A stretch of 63,849 nt of DNA, the filler included, from Octopus bimaculoides (Eukaryota): assembly GCF_001194135.2 (NCBI RefSeq). It is 6 parts of 6 records of this genome, joined end to end, with 100 filler letters (N's around TTAATTAATTAA, not from the genome) between each part and the next. Parts side by side here need not be neighbours in the genome. Positions count along the whole stretch, not along the records: positions 57,276 to 63,849 come from NC_068998.1; 5 more parts are not named here. One strand, 5' to 3'. Of this stretch, positions 62,878-63,849 are shown piece by piece. The translations under genes and the position numbers were made by a program. The notes under the pieces are model-generated. The model saw nothing but the letters and a program-made list of their open reading frames with translations. It made no database searches and was not told the DNA's origin. Positions within the stretch are counted from its first letter, which is position 1. Each line of letters opens with the position of its first letter.

Positions 62878-63786
62878 GACAGAGACAGACAGACATACAG
62901 ACAGATATACAGATAGACAGAGACAGAGAAAGAGAGAGAGAACGAGAACATGTATATGAAGGTGTATATGGGCCTGTGTTTGCATATCTCACACTCTGTA
63001 TACTTTTCTCGCTGTATTGCATTTTCGTTTCATTTTTTGCATTTTATTTTTGATCTTCTAAATAAATGAAGATATTTCCTTAGTTTTGCTGCTTTTCTTT
63101 CTACGAAATAAGAAGATACATTGCGAAACAGTTATTTGAACGAGTTGTATTTTATTTATCATCCGATGAGATATATCTGCACCGCCGGTTGCAACTGAAC
63201 CAGTTGTTAAGTGTTCCACTCGTGAGGGATCGATGCTAGATGTATCGAAACATTTGTCGTGATTAATAATAATAATTCTCGTATATTCCATGTTCCGTCT
63301 TCCATTTACCACATACATACATTACATACATACACACATACATGCATACANNNNNNNNNNNNNNNNNNNNNNNNNNNNNNNNNNNNNNNNNNNNNNNNNN
63401 NNNNNNNNNNNNNNNNNNNNNNNNNNNNNNNNNNNNNNNNNNNNNNNNNNGTGTGTGTGTGTGTGTACACCTATACTATATACATATATATAAGCGTCAA
63501 TGAGTTTCTGTGTAAAAAAAAATTGGTTTTAAAAATCTTGTAGCCAATGCTATAAAAGTATGTAATATAATAATATAATGTGAATACGTTTATTACATAT
63601 TTATACAACGTTTATGCAACTTAGGTTTTATGATCGTGAGTTTGTTTTACTTCATTTCGCATCAGTGCTGTCCTATCTGTTTACTATCAAATTTCCTGTG
63701 TGCCTTGGACTAATTCGGAAATCTGAAAAGCTTTAAGCGAAACATGATGTTCAATTTGTATGTTCCGGGTAAATATTATACCATAA

Positions 63787-63849
<63 letters not shown>

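Overview
Eukaryotic, AT-rich, microsatellite- and SINE-dense draft genomic DNA. The repeat landscape resembles a coleoid cephalopod (Octopus-like); that assignment is inference. The window is cut into six blocks by five artificial 100-nt joins (44 N + TTAATTAATTAA + 44 N), so order and orientation across those joins are uncertain. Nearly all long ORFs in the supplied track are N-gap or microsatellite artefacts; the real coding sequence is in short spliced exons. (1) 202-10058 (+): seven GT-AG exons encoding tandem CHRD (chordin/Sog-type) domains, with one exon predicted hidden in a gap. (2) 43505-56467 (+): nine phase-consistent exons encoding the central/C-terminal GCFC region of PAXBP1/GCFC1; both ends of the gene are missing. 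(3) About 12.6-18.7 kb (-): a chain of phase-compatible exons encoding an unrecognised peptide, a candidate unannotated gene. Mobile DNA includes three tRNA-type SINE families, a short family with an RTE-type (GAT)n tail, an R4/Dong-like RLE LINE embedded in (TAA)n, a Penelope-like RT fragment, mariner and Tc1 relics, piggyBac-type MITEs and Helitron/Helentron-type non-autonomous elements. The most unusual signals are four minimal type-I hammerhead-ribozyme-like motifs (plus two decayed relatives), the orphan minus-strand gene model, a 178-bp near-perfect intronic inverted repeat in PAXBP1, a perfect 63-bp-arm hairpin, and a 33-bp minisatellite that is open in all three minus-strand frames. 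I see no convincing wholly new multi-gene system. These are candidates for follow-up.
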